The position numbers and the translations under genes were made by a program. From Mustelus asterias (lineage: Eukaryota), in contig NC_135830.1 of the NCBI RefSeq assembly GCF_964213995.1, positions 14,756,001 to 14,820,000 on the forward strand: a stretch of DNA of 64,000 nt, read 5' to 3'. The notes beneath the pieces were generated by a model. That model ran no database searches. It was given only the letters and a program-made list of their open reading frames with translations, and was not told the DNA's origin. Positions 62,156 through 64,000 of this stretch are shown piece after piece (position 1 is the stretch's first letter; each line of letters starts with the position of its first letter).

Positions 62156-63639
62156 AATCACTGAAGTAACAAGATGGCATCAGGTTTTATTGCAAAATAC
62201 ATGTTTATTAAAGTCCTTTGCATTCTTAGTAATGGAACTGACTGAAGGCAAAGAGATTTGTCCCGCAGTTTTGTGAAAAAATATGAATATTGATTAGCAC
62301 CATGTTACTGAACTGAAGTGAATCAAAATAGTTACGAATATTTCTATCACGTGATGTCAGTCTACAATTTCAGAATTTCAATAAATTGTAATCGTGAAAT
62401 TAGTGCAGATTCGGGAATGATGCTGATTCTCCTGTTGATACAAGAGAGGTGCCAGAAGCAGGACGTTTGGGAACATTACACTGCTACTATTCAGCACAAA
62501 ACAATTCTAAAATCAATAAGACTGACATTTACCCTCAAGTTGTTCACAGATGATATTGTACGTGAATTATTTCGAGAGATGGGTAAATCACATGTCCAAA
62601 CTATGTTCGGAAATACGTGTAAAATGTCTGGTATATTTGGTGATAAGAGAGGATGTGTCTTGTATCCTTCATTCAAACTTTCACCTTCTTCCTTTGCCAT
62701 GTTCGTTGCAGTCTGTGTGGAAGCTGTCCCTTCGATCTGGAACTGTTGCATTCTCGAAATGCCTTGGACTTTCAACGAACTTATCCTGTAATATTCAATG
62801 CCTTCTATTATTTTTGATCGGGAGATTGAAAAAAATGTCAGTCCAGCGTGTTGGTAAGACTGGTAAAAAATATTATTTAATGTGAAATACACCCACTATA
62901 ATGTATACATACCCTTTCAGTTTGCAAACCTCAGAAAAGCGATGTTGCAGAAAGTAACCATTCAGCCGATCGTGTGGCGCTGGACACAACAGAGACAAAA
63001 GGAGCTAGTAGCTCCACATTTATAACCACATTTTAGCAAGTGATCCGAGGCCTTGAAGGTTGCAGCACTTTGGATGGAGAGCCCATATTAGAAATATTGT
63101 GCGTACTCCTGCATCTCGTTACTTTATAGGAAATGTAATTGCAGTCTAGGCGGTCCAGATCAGATTTTCTGGATGATTTGTTGTTTTCCTTATGGAGATG
63201 GTTGGCGAGGATCTCCCTGCACATCCACTAAACCTGCCCACGCCTCGACTGGTGCTGCCTGTACATTTAGCACCAGCGATGAAGCTCCAACTTCGATCAG
63301 TCGCCTCTCCCCACTCCAACTCTGTAGAGAACGGCAGAACCTTTGCCTCTCTTATTAAACTGCTCCACATCAACATTTCCCTCATACTCTCATCTTTTCC
63401 ACCTCTCTCGCACGCTGTTTTTCACACGCCAGGTTGTGGAGAGCCAAAGGGAGAGAGAGAAATCCACATTCAGTCCCTCAATGAATTGCAATCAAAACGT
63501 TTCCTGCACATTCCACTCGTCCCATCAGTTGACTGCGAAGTCTAAAACTGCCAGTGTTATCAAAGAATACAGATTGAAAGATGACAACCTTCATTTGGCG
63601 AGTGGTTAACACTGAGGTTGAGAGTCTTTGACGATAACA

Positions 63640-64000
63640 AAATATGGACCGAATGTTCAAATGGTAAGTTGCAGATGGAATTTAACCCTGAAAAGAGTGT
63701 GGTGATAGAATTGGGAAAGAGTAATTTGACAAGGAAGTATTCAACGAATGGCATGACACTTGGAAGTTCTGTAGAACAAAGGGAACTTGGCGTGTTTGCC
63801 ATTTTGGAATTGTATCGAACTTTTCTAAGGCCACACGTGGTGTATTGTGTGCAGTTCTGGTCGCCACGTGATGGGAAGGATGTAAATGTACTGAAGGGGG
63901 TTCAGAGGAGATTAACCGGGATACTCCCTGGGATGGAACATTTACGTTATGACGAGAGGTAGAATAGGTTTGGGTTGTTGTCCTTGGAGCAGAGAAGACT
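63640..64000 (+). mobile_element. CR1 fragment running off the window end
   Basis: ORF 63618..63962 QMEFNPEK, RPHVVYCVQFWSP. Confidence 0.9.

Noticed and set aside
62318-62892. Three overlapping 111-157 aa ORFs upstream of the GPCR
   Set aside because: No recognisable motifs or splice structure; compatible with chance

Overview
Repeat-rich eukaryotic DNA from a cartilaginous fish, most likely a shark, judged from CR1/HER1-type LINEs, HE1-type V-SINEs, Penelope and Rex1-like fragments. Genic content: (1) three T-cell receptor alpha/delta-type V segments in mixed orientation, namely an intact leader+V+23-RSS on the minus strand (36.8-37.4 kb), a plus-strand V pseudogene split by a CR1 at its first Cys codon (40.9-42.5 kb) and a heavily decayed minus-strand V relic (48.3-48.5 kb); I found no D, J or C; (2) an intact two-exon class A GPCR of the chondrichthyan GPR139-like type (60.3-62.0 kb) with Asp in place of the NPxxY Tyr; (3) a C2H2 zinc-finger pseudogene preceded by a mirror-symmetric, promoter-like inverted repeat; (4) two tRNA relics, probable decayed IgSF V-C1-TM exons, and an old ~8-9 kb tandem duplication holding unidentified pseudo-exons. 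One 5'-truncated CR1 keeps an intact 939-aa ORF2. Less obvious signals: minimal type I hammerhead ribozyme motifs in two repeat families (one with the compensatory U3-A8 core variant), CTCF-like sites beside V segments, and a 27-bp minisatellite in inverted (foldback-like) arrangement. Repeat boundaries are approximate and family names come from motif recognition, not database searches.
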